Source: Takakia lepidozioides (Eukaryota; Plantae; Bryophyta). Taken from it: a stretch of DNA of 64,000 nucleotides. Shown piece by piece: positions 1 to 11,828 of the stretch; positions within the stretch are counted from its first letter, which is position 1, and every line of letters starts with the position of its first letter. Location of the stretch: contig CM060731.1 of NCBI GenBank assembly GCA_030704615.1, positions 29,512,001 through 29,576,000 of the forward strand. Direction: 5' to 3'. Under the pieces are notes generated by a model. The model made no database searches and had not been told where the DNA came from. It worked only from the letters and a program-made list of their open reading frames with translations. The position numbers were made by a program, and so were the translations under genes.

Positions 1-861
1 CGGATCTTCCTTTGGAGCGCCGTCTCGCCCTTGTACACCAACAAGAGCTGCTGCTTTCTACTTAAAGCATCGGCCACCACATTGTCCCGTCCCGGTTTGT
101 ACTGGATATCCACGTCGAACACCGCCAAAGTATCTTGTCACCTAAGTTGTTTTGGGGACAACTTGGGCTGTGTGGCAAAATACTTCACTGTGACATTGTC
201 TGTGAACACCTTCACTGGGTTGGAACCAACATAGTGGCGCCAAAGCTCAAGGCAATGCACCACCGCCTTCATCTCTTTTTCGTGCGTCGGCCACCGTCGC
301 TCCACTTCATTCAGTTTCTTACTTTCGTAAGCCACTGGACGTCCATCTTGCATAAGTACACCCCCAATCGCGACGCATCTGTATGACTCTCAAATGGACG
401 ATCGAACTCCGGGATTTTCAAGACTGGAGCTTCCGCCATCCGCTGCTTCAATTCAGCAAAAGCTTGGCCACAAAAGGTGTTCCATGCCCAGACTTTAGAT
501 TTACACAGAAGGTCTGACAGCGGCCCCGCAATCTTGGCGAAATTTTTCACATACTTCCGGTAATAGGAGGCGAGTCCTAGGAAGGATCGCACTCCCGGGA
601 CCGAAGTCGGAGGCTCCCAGTCCAAGATCGCCCTCACCTTTCTATCATCCATTTTGATCCCATCCTGTGTAATCACATGCCCCAAGAACTCCACTTTCGT
701 GACCCCGAATTCGCACTTTGAAGCTTTGGCATACAGCTTCCCTTCTCGCAATTTTTGGAACACCCTTTTGAGGTGCTCCAGGTGCTCCTCCTTTGTTTTC
801 GAGTACACCAAGATGTCGTCGATGTACACGATCACAAAGTCATCCAACCACTCCTGAAAAA
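1..861 (-). mobile_element. Ty3/gypsy element 1: RT-RNase H fragment, inverted relative to its integrase
   Basis: ORF 311..847 has YIDDILVYS, KCEF and VRSFLGLASYYR. ORF 138..353 has PVAYES..ERRWPTHEKE..AVVH..WRHY..VFTDN. The two are frameshifted. Confidence 0.95.
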
Positions 862-863
862 GG

Positions 864-965
864 CAATTCTTGCGGAATTACGTGTCGGCAGACCAATCAG
901 ACTGGATGGAACACTTAGACGCGGCAGAGTTCTGTTATAATAACACAGAACACTCCGCAACGGAG
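864..965 (+). mobile_element. Ty3/gypsy element 1: integrase middle fragment
   Basis: Manual translation gives QFLRNYVSADQSDWMEHLDAAEFCYNNTEHSAT, which continues into SPFVLVYG at ~1626. Confidence 0.85.
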
Positions 966-1455
966 CAAAAAAAGATGGAGAGCCTGAAGCGAGGCCGAGA
1001 TGTTAGATGTTGAAGCATTATCCAATAACAAGATTGTGTCATCTGCGTAGAGTGAAGTTTTGATCGACGCTAGAGCAGGCAAGGATTGGGGAATCTTAAG
1101 GCCCTGTATATGCGAACGAGAGTCGAACAGGTGCCCAAGGCAATATACCACCAGTAAAAATAGAAAAGGGGCCAAAGGGCACCCTTGACGAATAGAACGA
1201 TGCAAACGGAAGGCAGGAGAGAGAACTCCATTTACCAGAACTTTACTTGAGGTGGATGAAAGCAAGATCTTGATCCACTGAAGAAAGCTCCCCGAAATTC
1301 CAAGCTTTTGAGTAGCACCAAGGAGGAAGTCCCAATCTATATTGTCAAAAGCCTTTTCAAAGTGTAACATAAGCAAGGCCAATGGCTGATCAGCTTCATA
1401 AGCATGATGTAAGGAGCCTTCCAGAGCCAAAAGGATGTTATCTAATATCATCCTT
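966..1455 (-). mobile_element. L1-type LINE reverse transcriptase fragment
   Basis: ORF 915..1451 has ILDNIL, FEKAFDNIDW, IRQGCPLAPFLF and LYADDT. Confidence 0.9.
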
Positions 1456-1626
1456 CTCCAAAATTTACTCGTAAACTTTGGATCGCGATCCGAGACAATA
1501 TCCTTCGAGACTCCATGATGTTTTAAAGTCGCCCTATCTCCTGCGCCGTTGCCGTCTCCTTGGTGGGGATGAAATGGCCCATTTTACTGAACCTATCCAC
1601 CACCACCATGATTGCATCGAATCCTT
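1453..1626 (-). mobile_element. Ty3/gypsy integrase core fragment (inverted)
   Basis: Manual minus-strand translation gives [54 protein letters not shown]. Confidence 0.85.
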
Positions 1627-2273
1627 CCCCTTTCGTATTGGTCTATGGAAAAGCACCTCTGGTGCCGACAAGTTGGGCCGCCCAGGACGTTGAGGAACCG
1701 GCAGTAGCGGCGGTACTGGAAGAACGCGAGCGTTTGTTGAAGCTCGCAAAGTACAATATTGCCAAAGCTAGGAAATGGTATGAAAGGCAGGCGAATCGGA
1801 AGCGGAGGGAAGTGAAGTTTGAGGCAGGCACAGAGGTATGGTTGAACATCATGAATTTCCGACTACCTCCGGAAGTGAGTCCGAAGTTCGTACCTCCGTA
1901 TGCGGGACCCTTTCGCATTCGGAAGGTTATGAATGAGGATGTGTATGAATTGGAGCTGCCGGCAAACAGCAAGGTGCACCCAATATTCCATGTCTCCCTT
2001 TTGAAACCTTACTTCAAAGATGAAGCGCGTCCGAATCGGCATCAAGTGTTGCGTCCGCCACCTATGCTGTTGGATCATGAAAATGAACCTGAGTACGAGG
2101 TGGAGGCAATACTTAAGTTGAGGAGGTTCAGGAACCGAGAAACGGAGTATCTCGTCAAATGGAAGGGCTATCATCATGTGGAGGCATCTTGGGTGCGTGC
2201 CTCAGAAATGGGAAACGCATCCGAGGCGGTTGCAGCTTTCAAAGGGCGACCTCAAAAGCGGAAGAAGCGTTGA
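1626..2273 (+). mobile_element. Ty3/gypsy element 1: integrase C-terminus with GPY/F motif and chromodomain
   Basis: YAGPFRI, HPIFHVSLLKPY and EYEVEAIL..EYLVKWKGY..ASW. Stop at 2273. Confidence 0.93.
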
Positions 2274-3178
2274 TGGGGACATCAACCTTGGAGCGTGGGG
2301 GAGGAAATGCATGCTTAGCCCGGTTTAGCTAGCTCAGGAATCCGATTGCAAAAACTTGTATTGTACAAAATTTGTTATAAAGGAAATGGGTTCCAAATGT
2401 TGTGCGTCCTATTGTGTTTGGAATGGTGATGCATGGTGTGGTTGGCTAGTGTGTAGAATGCATGCTAGCTTACAAAAGTGGGAGAGGTAAATTGGGTTAA
2501 TCGTGTGTTTGCGCAGTGCCGAAATCGGGTGACTCCCATCCAAGGGGCAAGGAAACTTGCGCCTTCTTTGGGAGTTCACGTGCTAGTGCGCACCTGGCGC
2601 GTGCGCGTACTATAACTGCGCTACCGAGGGGGTTGCCTTGTAGTGCGGGCTAACGCGGGAGCTACGTGCTTCCGTTCACGTACTATAATCGTGTAGCCTC
2701 GGGACGAAGTCGTAGTGCGGCTTCGGCGTGTTCCCGTACCTCAGGCCAGCATTCCAAGGCGGACCCAATTGTAGTGATTAGGGCGCACGGTTGGTTCAAG
2801 GTTATCTTCCTAGTCAAAGAGGGTTCCAGGTGAACCCTTGCTCAAGGTGATGCCAAAAGCGGCATCATGAGCGATCGCAAGCAATGTTGTTGCAGTAAGG
2901 CGATTCGATCCTCGGGGAGGATCGTTCCTTGGCCTTGAAGTAGGCCAAGAAGAGTGCACTGGGAGGAGCTGGAGAGGCTCCACCCTTGGCCGGGACTTGG
3001 AGGAAGTCGGCCGAACTAGCTAGTGGAGAGTATAGTCAAGTATGGGGTTTGGTTCTTTGCCATGTGACGCCATGGTACGGAAACAAACTCCTTGATGTGG
3101 GACGCCACAACTTGGATGTTTGTTTCTACAAAATGGACAAGTCGATGAGGACATCGACTCCCTGTTGGTAGGGGTGTG

Positions 3179-3903
3179 TGTCGCGGCCCTTTGCCTTGAG
3201 GGCAGGGAGGTCGGGACACAAGAGGGGCTGCCCCTGTGGTAGGGACAGTAGCAGCGATAGGTACGGGGGCTAAAGCACCCTTGAGTGCCCAAGGCACTCA
3301 AGGAGGCGGAGGCGCTCACTAGGTGGAGCCCCGCACACCGGGTTGCGGTGGGGGTGGCTCCACAAGGGGTGGTGGTAGCTTAGCGGGACTTAGTGGGGGT
3401 GGCATAGGACTCACCATGGGGTGGAGACCTCGAGGTGGGAGTCGGGGGAGTCTTGGGACTCATCACGGTCCATTGGGGCCGCGGTGAGTGGGCCAAGACT
3501 CACCGCGACTCACCACCGGGAATCGAGGGTCTTTGTGGTGGTTCGCCATAAAATGGCATGGCTGGTTGTGAAACCCCCGCGGATAGCTACAGAAGTATAT
3601 ATAGGGAGTAGTAACCCCGAGAACGGTGCAAGCCCGTTGGTGACCAAAAACTAGTGAGTAAGCGAGCGAGCCGGAAAGCGACCAAAGAGTGGGGAGCTGT
3701 TCGGGACTGCCATCTACCAAAGGGAATTCTCCTAGTCCCAATTAGGTGGAGGGTTCAGTGGGAAGCGAAGGGGGGACCGTTATGTCCCGGTGAGCAGCCG
3801 AAGCTCCAAGTTGGCCCGGGCGGCCAGGTTGGGAGTCAGGCGCGCGCATCAAAGCGAGTAACTATGACTTGAAGGGGAGCTTACCGAAGTGAGGTGCGCG
3901 ACA
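3179..3903 (+). mobile_element. 3' LTR of element 1
   Basis: Terminal inverted repeat TGTCGCG...CGCGACA, preceded by purine-rich ggtaggggtg. TATA-like gtatatataggg at ~3596. Confidence 0.7.
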
Positions 3904-4340
3904 TGTTGTGAGGTCTTGAGATTTAATGTACATTTTGTATGTTCCATTGACTTTTTAGTGAGCGTTCCTCACTCTAGTTTTCTGAATGTCATTGACGACA
4001 TTCACATCCAGAGCTGTTGTGAGGTCCTGAGATTTAATGTACGTTTTATATGTTCCATTGACTTTTTAGTGAGCGTTCCTCACTCTAGTTTTCTGAATGT
4101 CGTTACCGACATTCACTTTCCTTGCAATGTTGTTGCCTCTTGTGAGAAATTGTTAGGCTCTGTTAGCAGTGTAATCACAGATCCAACGTGAATGTCGTTG
4201 CCGACATTCACTTCTATGTCTGTGTCCTTCCAAAGCTAGAGATTGCATTCACCTGGATTAGGAACTTAGGGTGTGTTTGCAGTGTCCTTGAATGGAATTT
4301 TGTGAATGTCGTTGACGACATTCATATCCACAGCTGTTGT
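3904..4340. repeat. ~111-bp tandem repeat carrying four TGAATGTCG-N4-CGACATTCA hairpins
   Basis: Units 3904-4014 and 4015-4116 are nearly identical. Hairpins at 3983, 4094, 4188 and 4303. Confidence 0.85.
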
Positions 4341-4467
4341 GAGCTCCTTAGAGCTCCTTAGAGCTGTTTTGAGCTCCATTTCCTTCCTCGTTTTTTTCAT
4401 TCTATGCTACTGGCATCTAACTCACTTCGCGCTTTGGTGGGTTGGGTTTTGTCTCTTGTCTCATAGG

Positions 4468-5112
4468 TACACGAAATATGTGCTTATGGATGGAAATCAC
4501 CTCAGCGGTATTCCAGACTATCTTGACATGTGGTCGGACCCTGCAAACGATCCAACCATGTGCACTGCAGGGATATTGAAGGACTGGAGTCCTTCTCACT
4601 TCAGAGACTGTGGTTGGTACCTAGACTGCCCACCTGAGCACACGACCTTTCAAGAGCAGCACATGAAATATTTGAACAATAATGCTGAGATGCTGGGTCC
4701 TCGGGACGATGATGAGTACCAAAGAAACATAACAACATTGGCTGCCAAGGATCCTGATGCTCAAGAAACGACGCAGAAGGGCAAGAAGGCGGGGCGCAAA
4801 CCAAAAGACAAGGCTCCTGATGTCATAGCCATGTCACCAGCAAAGCCAAAGGACAAAGATAAGTCCAAGGACAAGGAGAAGGAAAATGACAAGGGGAAGG
4901 AGAAAGAAAAGGAGAGGGAGAAGGAAAAGGAGAGTGAGAAGGACTTCACTGCTGGAAGGTATACCCGCACAATTCAGTGCGTGTTCGATGCCAGGCCACA
5001 CCCTTCCCGTGCTGATTCGGCAGGAGAGATTAAGATTGTCAATGAGGGTTGGCTGACGATGATGTAGAGTCGAAAGAGAAGATACACTGGGGTGCCTTCG
5101 CCTACCTGGGTT
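4468..5112 (+). pseudogene. Unknown, probably transposon-associated coding fragment with a K/E-rich tract, cut by an inversion
   Basis: Acceptor-like tgtctcttgtctcatag at ~4467. ORF 4306..5067. An overlapping frame ..KIHWGAFAYLG continues on the minus strand from 9619 (LIEDDDHHYEL). Confidence 0.45.
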
Positions 5113-8100
5113 GCTTGGTCGAAGAATATATAGTGTTATTGTTGTAGGCAAACTCAGCCAATGATAGAAGGTCCGTCCAATTATCTTGGTGATAATTTAT
5201 TGTACAACGAAGATACTGCTCCAAAATCTGGTTTACACGTTCGGTTTGACCATCAGTCTGTGGATGATTAGCTATAGAGAGGTTGATCTTAGTATCCAAT
5301 ACATGAAATAATCCCCTCCAGAAATTTGATATGAACTGTGGTCCTCGATCAGATACGATGTCCTTCGGGAGTCCATAAATGCGGTAGGTATTATTGAGGA
5401 AGAGTCTTGCAGTTTCCTCGCCGGTAACCGTCTTATTACATTGAATGAAATGTGTCATCTTCGTAAAACGATCTACAATAACAAGGATTGAATCGGTGGT
5501 CTTGGAAATTGGAAGGTCCGTAATAAAGTCCATAGACACGGACGACCATGGGCCCCTTGGGAATGGGTAATGGTTGAAGAAGGCCGTAAGGTCGATGTCG
5601 TGGTCCCTTTGCTCTAGCACACGTGTCGCAAGATTTTATAAATTCTTTCACGAGTTTCCACATGTGCGGCCACCAATAGTCCCTGGATATCAATTCCATT
5701 GTTTTGTTGAAGCCGAAATGTCCTGCAGCCGGAAGATCATGACATGTTTGAAGAATTCGAAGTCGTATAGGTCCTGGAGGTACATAGGGAAGTCCCTTGA
5801 AATACAGTAAGTCATCTTTGAATTCGAAATCGTTTGTAACATGTGGGTTGTCTCGAGGTCGATTTAGTTGACTTCGTAGTGTCGTGGCAAATTGATCGCA
5901 CTTCAGTGCTTCCTGAATCTCCTTTATGATCTCTACATCGTTATAGGTGGACATAGATAACATATTCAATTGGAGATTTTCTGGTTTCAAGATGATGGAT
6001 TTCTGTTGGTCAAAAGCTGCATCCCCTTCTTTTAACGCGAGATATACGTCGAGAAAGAGCATCTGGTTTTCTTTGAAGATGTCCGGGACGGTAGGTAATA
6101 ACAAAATCAAACCTTGCTAGTAACATACTCCATCTCGCTTGACGTCGATTTAAAACACGAGCACTCATAAAATACACAAGGTTTTTGTGATCGGTATAGA
6201 CAGTGACATGATGTTTAGCTCCCTCCAATAAATGACGCCACTCCTCAAAAGCATCGATAATCGCTAGAAGTTCTTTGTCATGGATTTCATAATTGATCTC
6301 CGCAGCGGAAAATTTGCGAGAACGAAAACCAACAGGGTGAAGTTGGCCATCTGCATCGTGTTGAAAGAATACCGCGCCAAGTGCAAAGTCCGATGCATCT
6401 GCTTCCAAAAAGAATGGTTTAGATGGGTCTGCATGTACCAGTATTGGAGCCGTTATAAATGCTGCTTCAGCCTTTCAAATGCTTGGTCAGCCTTCTCGTC
6501 CCATACAAATTTGTCCTTCCCTATGAGTCGTGTCAATGGTGCAGCAATTTTGGAGTAGTCCTTGATGAAGATTCTATAGAAATTTGCAAATCCTAGAAAA
6601 CATTGTACATCTCGGATCGAAGTTGGTTTCATCCACTCGATGATGGTTTGTATTTTTTTCTGATCCATAAAGACTCATTTGTCGGAAATAATGTAGCCCA
6701 AAAATTCGACTTCAGATTGGTGGAAAAGACATTTTTCCAACCTTGCATATAGTCTTTTTTCCCTCATTTTCATCAAGGACAAGGCGTACATGACGATCAT
6801 GTTCTTCTTCATTCTGTGAAAATATCAAAATGTCGTCCAAATAGATGACTACAAAGTCATCTAAAAATTCTCGAAAGATGTCATTCATCATGTGTTGAAA
6901 AATTGCTGGAGCATTTGTAAGACCGAAAGGCATAACACTGTATTCGAAATGTTCGTACCTTATGCGAAAAGCAGTATTCCATTCGTCTCTTTCTCTTATT
7001 CGTACAAGGTTGTAAGCTCCTCTCAAGTCGATCTTTGTGAAAAAATTTGCTCGTCCAAGTTGTTTGAGGAGTCCGGAAATCAACGGTAATGGGTAACGAT
7101 TTTTTATAGTGACTTTGTTGAACCCACGATAGTCCACACACAAGTACTTTTGCAGTTTTGTCTTGCCGAAATTTTTCGTGATCGTCAGTCGATATCAGGA
7201 TTATGAAGTACAAACCAGAGAAGTCCAAAGATCACAGGATTCGTTGGAGACTGGATGACATTGAAAACAATATGTGATGCTTGATTTTTAAGCTTCACTT
7301 CAAGGGGTCGAGTTTCGCAAAGTCTTTGTCAATAAAACAAGTTGAAGCGCCCGAATCCAAAAGCGCTTCTACGGAGATATTTCGATTTTGCATCCTGATT
7401 TTTACTGGAACTGTGAAGCAAGGTACATGGTCTGGAGGTAGAAAGAGACATTTTTTTGGTGAGGAATTTGGGGTGTCCAGCCACATGGTCCCTACTGTGA
7501 CTGGACAGCTTCGTTTTCCGACCTCCTCGTATCGAACACTTGAGTTGTGCCCCGAGCTTTGAATCTTATCTTGTTAGGGTAATGTTATATGATCATCTTC
7601 TCCGCAATAAAGGCATAATCCATTCGAGCGCCCTCTTTGTTTTTCTTGTGGCGTCAATGGCTTGAATCGGACAGCATCAATCTGCATAGAATCATTACCG
7701 GATGTCTGATGGATCGTTGTGTTTGGTGCCATAGTAGCAGCGGCATGGTGCGTCGTCGACCATCCAGATCGTTTCTCTTGACGTCTTTCAAACAAACGAT
7801 TATCGCATGCAATGACTTGGGTGATGAATTCGCTCAGTGTACTCACGTTTGGCATTGTCAGCAATAAATCTTTTACATCCTCTTTTAGGCCACATCGAAA
7901 CTGACTAATGAGGCTCTTCTCATTCCAGTCGAGGTCGCACACAAGTTGTCGAAATTCGGCAGCATAAACAGAAGCTGGACGTGCTCCTTGTCGAAGATTT
8001 CGCATCTTTGTCTCTGCAATTTTCTCTCTATCATTCTCCTTAAACGTTGCAGTGAACTCGGACATGAACGCTTCAAAATTGTATAGTAAATGCGATTTTT

Positions 8101-8559
8101 TCCTCTAATAAAGGTGCAAACCAAGATAGGACAGTGCCTGATAGAAAGGTGCCCACGAATCCCACTTGAATACCTTCATCAGGACAACGTTATGGATGTA
8201 GTCGTAGGAACAATCGTACTTATTGAACAAAACCGCGAAATCTTGATCTCGTCCCATCAAATTTTTCGGGCATGCTGACCTTTGGTTCCCTTGTAATCTG
8301 TTGAAGATTTGGAAGAACCGTTGCAATATGATTTGTTGTAGTAGGGACTCGTAAGGTAAAAGATTCATTGTTCGACTCCTTCAACTCTGAAATTTGTTGT
8401 TGCAAATTGTTGAGAGCGTTGCCAAGATCTTGAGACTGATCAACTTGTAGTTGGGCAGTAGATGCACAAAGTTCTTGCATCTGGAGGTGAAGACTCTGCA
8501 ATGTGACGACTATTTCCGCAAATGTGCCTTCCATCTTAACTAACTAAAGAACAAACTTT

Positions 8560-8570
8560 AGTCTCGCCAA
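8560..8570 (-). promoter_or_regulatory. Self-priming primer-binding site (11 nt)
   Basis: TTGGCGAGACT lies 2 nt after the LTR end. It is exactly complementary to AGTCTCGCCAA at 8815-8805, ~30 nt downstream of the LTR TATA. Confidence 0.7.
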
Positions 8571-8572
8571 AC

Positions 8573-9151
8573 TGTCCTGGACAAGAACATGACTGAACAC
8601 AAATAAGAGATCAGACTAGAGGTACAAGACTAGACAAGAAGTCAAGGTCGGCGCGGCCGTATGCACGATGAGTAAATATGAATCAAGACGATTTTTATAA
8701 CAATGAACAAGAGTACAAGATATTGGAATACGACTTGAATACTGGAATGCTGGAAACTGGACTGGAGTACTGGAAACTGGAAACAAGAGTAGCTTGAACT
8801 GGTGTTGGCGAGACTGAAGAGTGTCCAATCTCGCCTCCTATATATACTGGCTACTAAGAAGCTTCCCCTATAGAGGTTGCTTGCTGGAGAAGTTTCCAAG
8901 ATTAAACAAAGGTTTCTTGATGGAGAAGCTTCCTTAAATAAAAGAGGTATCTTGATGGAGAAGTTTCTTTCAAATGAAGCTTCCTGAGCAGTTTCCCAAG
9001 TTACTCTTGGTAATTTGATAAACTTCCGGTAACTTGGTAAGTAATGGTAGATCATGATAGATCACGGTAAGTCATGGTAACTTCTGGTAACATGGTAACT
9101 TGATAACTTTTGGTATTTACTTCTGGTAACCTCTGGGCTATGTCCGTGACA
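8573..9151 (-). mobile_element. 5' LTR of element 2
   Basis: Starts TGTCACGGACATAGCCCAGAGG, the same as the + copy at 10819. Ends ..CCAGGACA. TATA at 8839-8846. Confidence 0.8.
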
Positions 9152-9618
9152 GGTCGCGTCGTTGTTTAGGGATTAATAGCAACATGTTATTCAAAAGAAC
9201 CCAATATTGAATTCACATTTGAGGTGAATAACTCACCCTTCTTGCAAAAAAATACTACTTCAGTACCCCATTCCAATTCAATTGAACGTAAAGGTAAACA
9301 GATGTGTCAGCCCACAAATAGAACTGAACCTCAGCTTGACGTAGTGTTTGATACGTCAATTTCTTCTTCAGCTCCACCCCCAATACATCACCTATTTCCA
9401 AATAAATAGAACCATAATGCTTCATAGATAACGCTTCATAGATGACACAACAACATTTTTGGCAGACACGCCAAACTGGAGATTATTGAAAGTCTTCTTC
9501 AGCGTTCTCCCAGTTGCAGAATGCCTGCTCAGACGCCGTAATGGTATTAATTTATGTAGTTTCTTTGTATACTTAGCTTCATGTTGTAACTCATAGTGAT
9601 GGTCATCATCCTCGATCA

Positions 9619-11022
9619 AACCCTTTCTACATGAAGACTGTAAGCCCTGCTGTAGAAAACCTTGCTACTCATCTTGCTATGATTCACAAGGAGCTTACAT
9701 TCCACCTCGCAGAAGCTCAAAAACAATACAAGGAGTATGCAGATCAACGTCGCCAACTCCAACCCCAGTTCAAGGTCGGAGATCGTGTATGGCTTCTTCA
9801 ATGGGACATACAAACCTCGCGACTATCAAAGAAGTTGGATTATCAACGCCTGGGACCATTCAAAATTACTCGACAAAAAAATTCAGTGAGTTTTCGGCTT
9901 GAACTCCCACGAAGTATGCGCATCCATCCAGTCTTTCATGTTTCATTATTAGAGTTGTATCATCCATCGAATATTCCAGGAAGAGTCTCCGTACCACCTC
10001 CACCAATCGAAGTCAATCAGGAAATTGAGTATGAAGTCGACGAAGTCCTAGACTCTCGCATCAAGTATAAACATCTTGAGTATTTCGTACATTGGGAACG
10101 CTACGACATCAGCGAACGAACTTGGGAACCTTCATCCAACCTCGCTAATGTATCTGACAAAGTCCAAGAGTTTCATCAACGATATCCGGCTAAGCCCCGA
10201 GCTACACGTCAATAAGACGTCACAACGATGATGTCAGCCAAGTTAGCTTCAAGATGAAGACTTTACATTCAATATACCTGAGACATGCTAAGGAGGGAGG
10301 AGCACCACACATCAGTATATATAGCTACACTTCAAGCACTCTTGCATCTTGTATTGGCAGTATGGAGTCACAGGAACTAGATACATTGGAATTGTCGCTT
10401 ACCCAGCTACCAGATCAACCGTTCCGACTCTCACGGCCTTCAACATCACGTCGACGCTCTCGAGACGATGGGCCACCAATGCGACGCGTACTTCCTCGTC
10501 TGGACCCCGTACGACGGCAAGTGGAGCCTACTCGAAGTCTGATAATTCTATTGGAGGTTGAGGCTTCGGACCCAGATGACAACGAAATCATGTTTGAAGG
10601 CAGCTTCGAAAATCAGAATGCTCAAATCACTGCGTGGTCCCAAGTTCAAGGTGTTGAACACTATCGATGGTTGTAGGGACCTATAAATCATTTGAGTCAA
10701 GAACGAAGAGTCGAATACTTGACAAGTACCATTCGCCGGATTTTGGATTTTCTCCAACTCTAAGCAAGTCCAAGATTTTACGGCTCCTCGAGGAACTCAG
10801 CGCTAAAGGAGGGGGTGATGTCACGGACATAGCCCAGAGGACTTATCAGGAGTAAATACCAGAAGTTACCAAGTTACCAGAAGTTATCATGACTTATCGT
10901 GATTTACCATGATCTATCGTGATTTACCATTACTTACCAAATTACCGGGAGTTTACCAAATTACCAAGAGTAACTTGGGAAACTGCTCATGAAGCTTCAT
11001 TTGGAGGAAACTTCTTCATCAA
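9619..11022 (+). mobile_element. 3' part of element 2: IN C-terminus with chromodomain, PPT and truncated 3' LTR
   Basis: ORF 9631..10215 has LGPFKI, HPVFHVSLL and EYEVDEVLDSR..YFVHWERY..TWEP. PPT aaaggagggggtga at 10805-10818. LTR 10819-11022 matches the inverted copy reading leftwards from 9151. Confidence 0.95.
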
Positions 11023-11055
11023 TGCCACGCAGTGGGCGATCAAGAGGCATGATTG

Positions 11056-11828
11056 CACTACAACAGATCGCGGTATTTATGACTGTATATATGACTATTC
11101 TGCAGTCATAAACGGTACATATGACTTCTATGACTATAAGTCGTACAAACCAAGTCAATACAATGAGTACAGGATGGTACGGTCCGGATGACTACAGTCA
11201 TATGAACCAAGTGATATCTCTCACTGCAGTCATATATACCATACTACAGCCGCCGTTGCCGCGCCACGTGGCGAGGCGCAATTGATTTAAAAAATTAAAT
11301 TAAATTAAATTAAATTAAATTAAATTAAAAAAAACTAAAAAACTAAAAACATATGTAAAACGCCGCGTCGCACCGCATTGTGCCACGTGGCATAAATGCA
11401 TTTTATAATAATGAAAAAACCACGTGGCAGTCCATCTAGAGTACCACGTGCTATCCCTAGCTCGCCTACTAACCCTATGACCATCTTATCCATTTGATTG
11501 CACTTAGAGGAGGTTGAACCTGTAACCTCTTTACTATAAGAATTATAGTTCACTACCTGTTAACCAATACACCCATTAGTCATTCATATAATTATATGGT
11601 GTTTTAATTGTATTATACACACCAAATTACGTTGATCAGTCTTCCGCCCATTCCGGAGCCATGTAGTCATACAGACGACTATTTAGATAGTCGTTCATAT
11701 GACTACAGTCGTATGAACGACTGCGGGAGGTCAATTTCATATAAAAACATGGTGCAGTCATGGTCAAAGTCATGAAAACCATGACTACCACGGTTTGGCA
11801 GTCATAACTACCGCGATCTGATGTAGTG
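11056..11828. mobile_element. Non-autonomous CACTA (En/Spm) element
   Basis: TIRs CACTACAACAGATCGCGGTA / TACCGCGATCTGATGTAGTG. 3-bp TSD TTG at 11053-11055 and 11829-11831. Many subterminal ATGACT/AGTCAT motifs. Confidence 0.93.

Larger units (their letters stand above)
5108..9151 (-). mobile_element. Ty3/gypsy chromovirus element 2 (Tcn1/Tf1-like): 5' LTR, gag, PR, RT, RH and N-terminal IN; decayed and inverted
   Basis: gag has PEKFDG, LRQG..ASVYAAEF and CLYCGEDDH. PR has ALLDSGAS. RT has CVDYR and YLDDILI. RH has [10 protein letters not shown] and [13 protein letters not shown] has H..PAAGHFG, C..CAR, SMDFIT, SDRGPQF and HPQTDGQTE. Many frameshifts. Confidence 0.96.

Noticed and set aside
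3983-4324. CRISPR-like palindromic repeats
   Set aside because: The context is eukaryotic, spacers are ~70-90 bp, the first two units are duplicates, and there are no cas genes.
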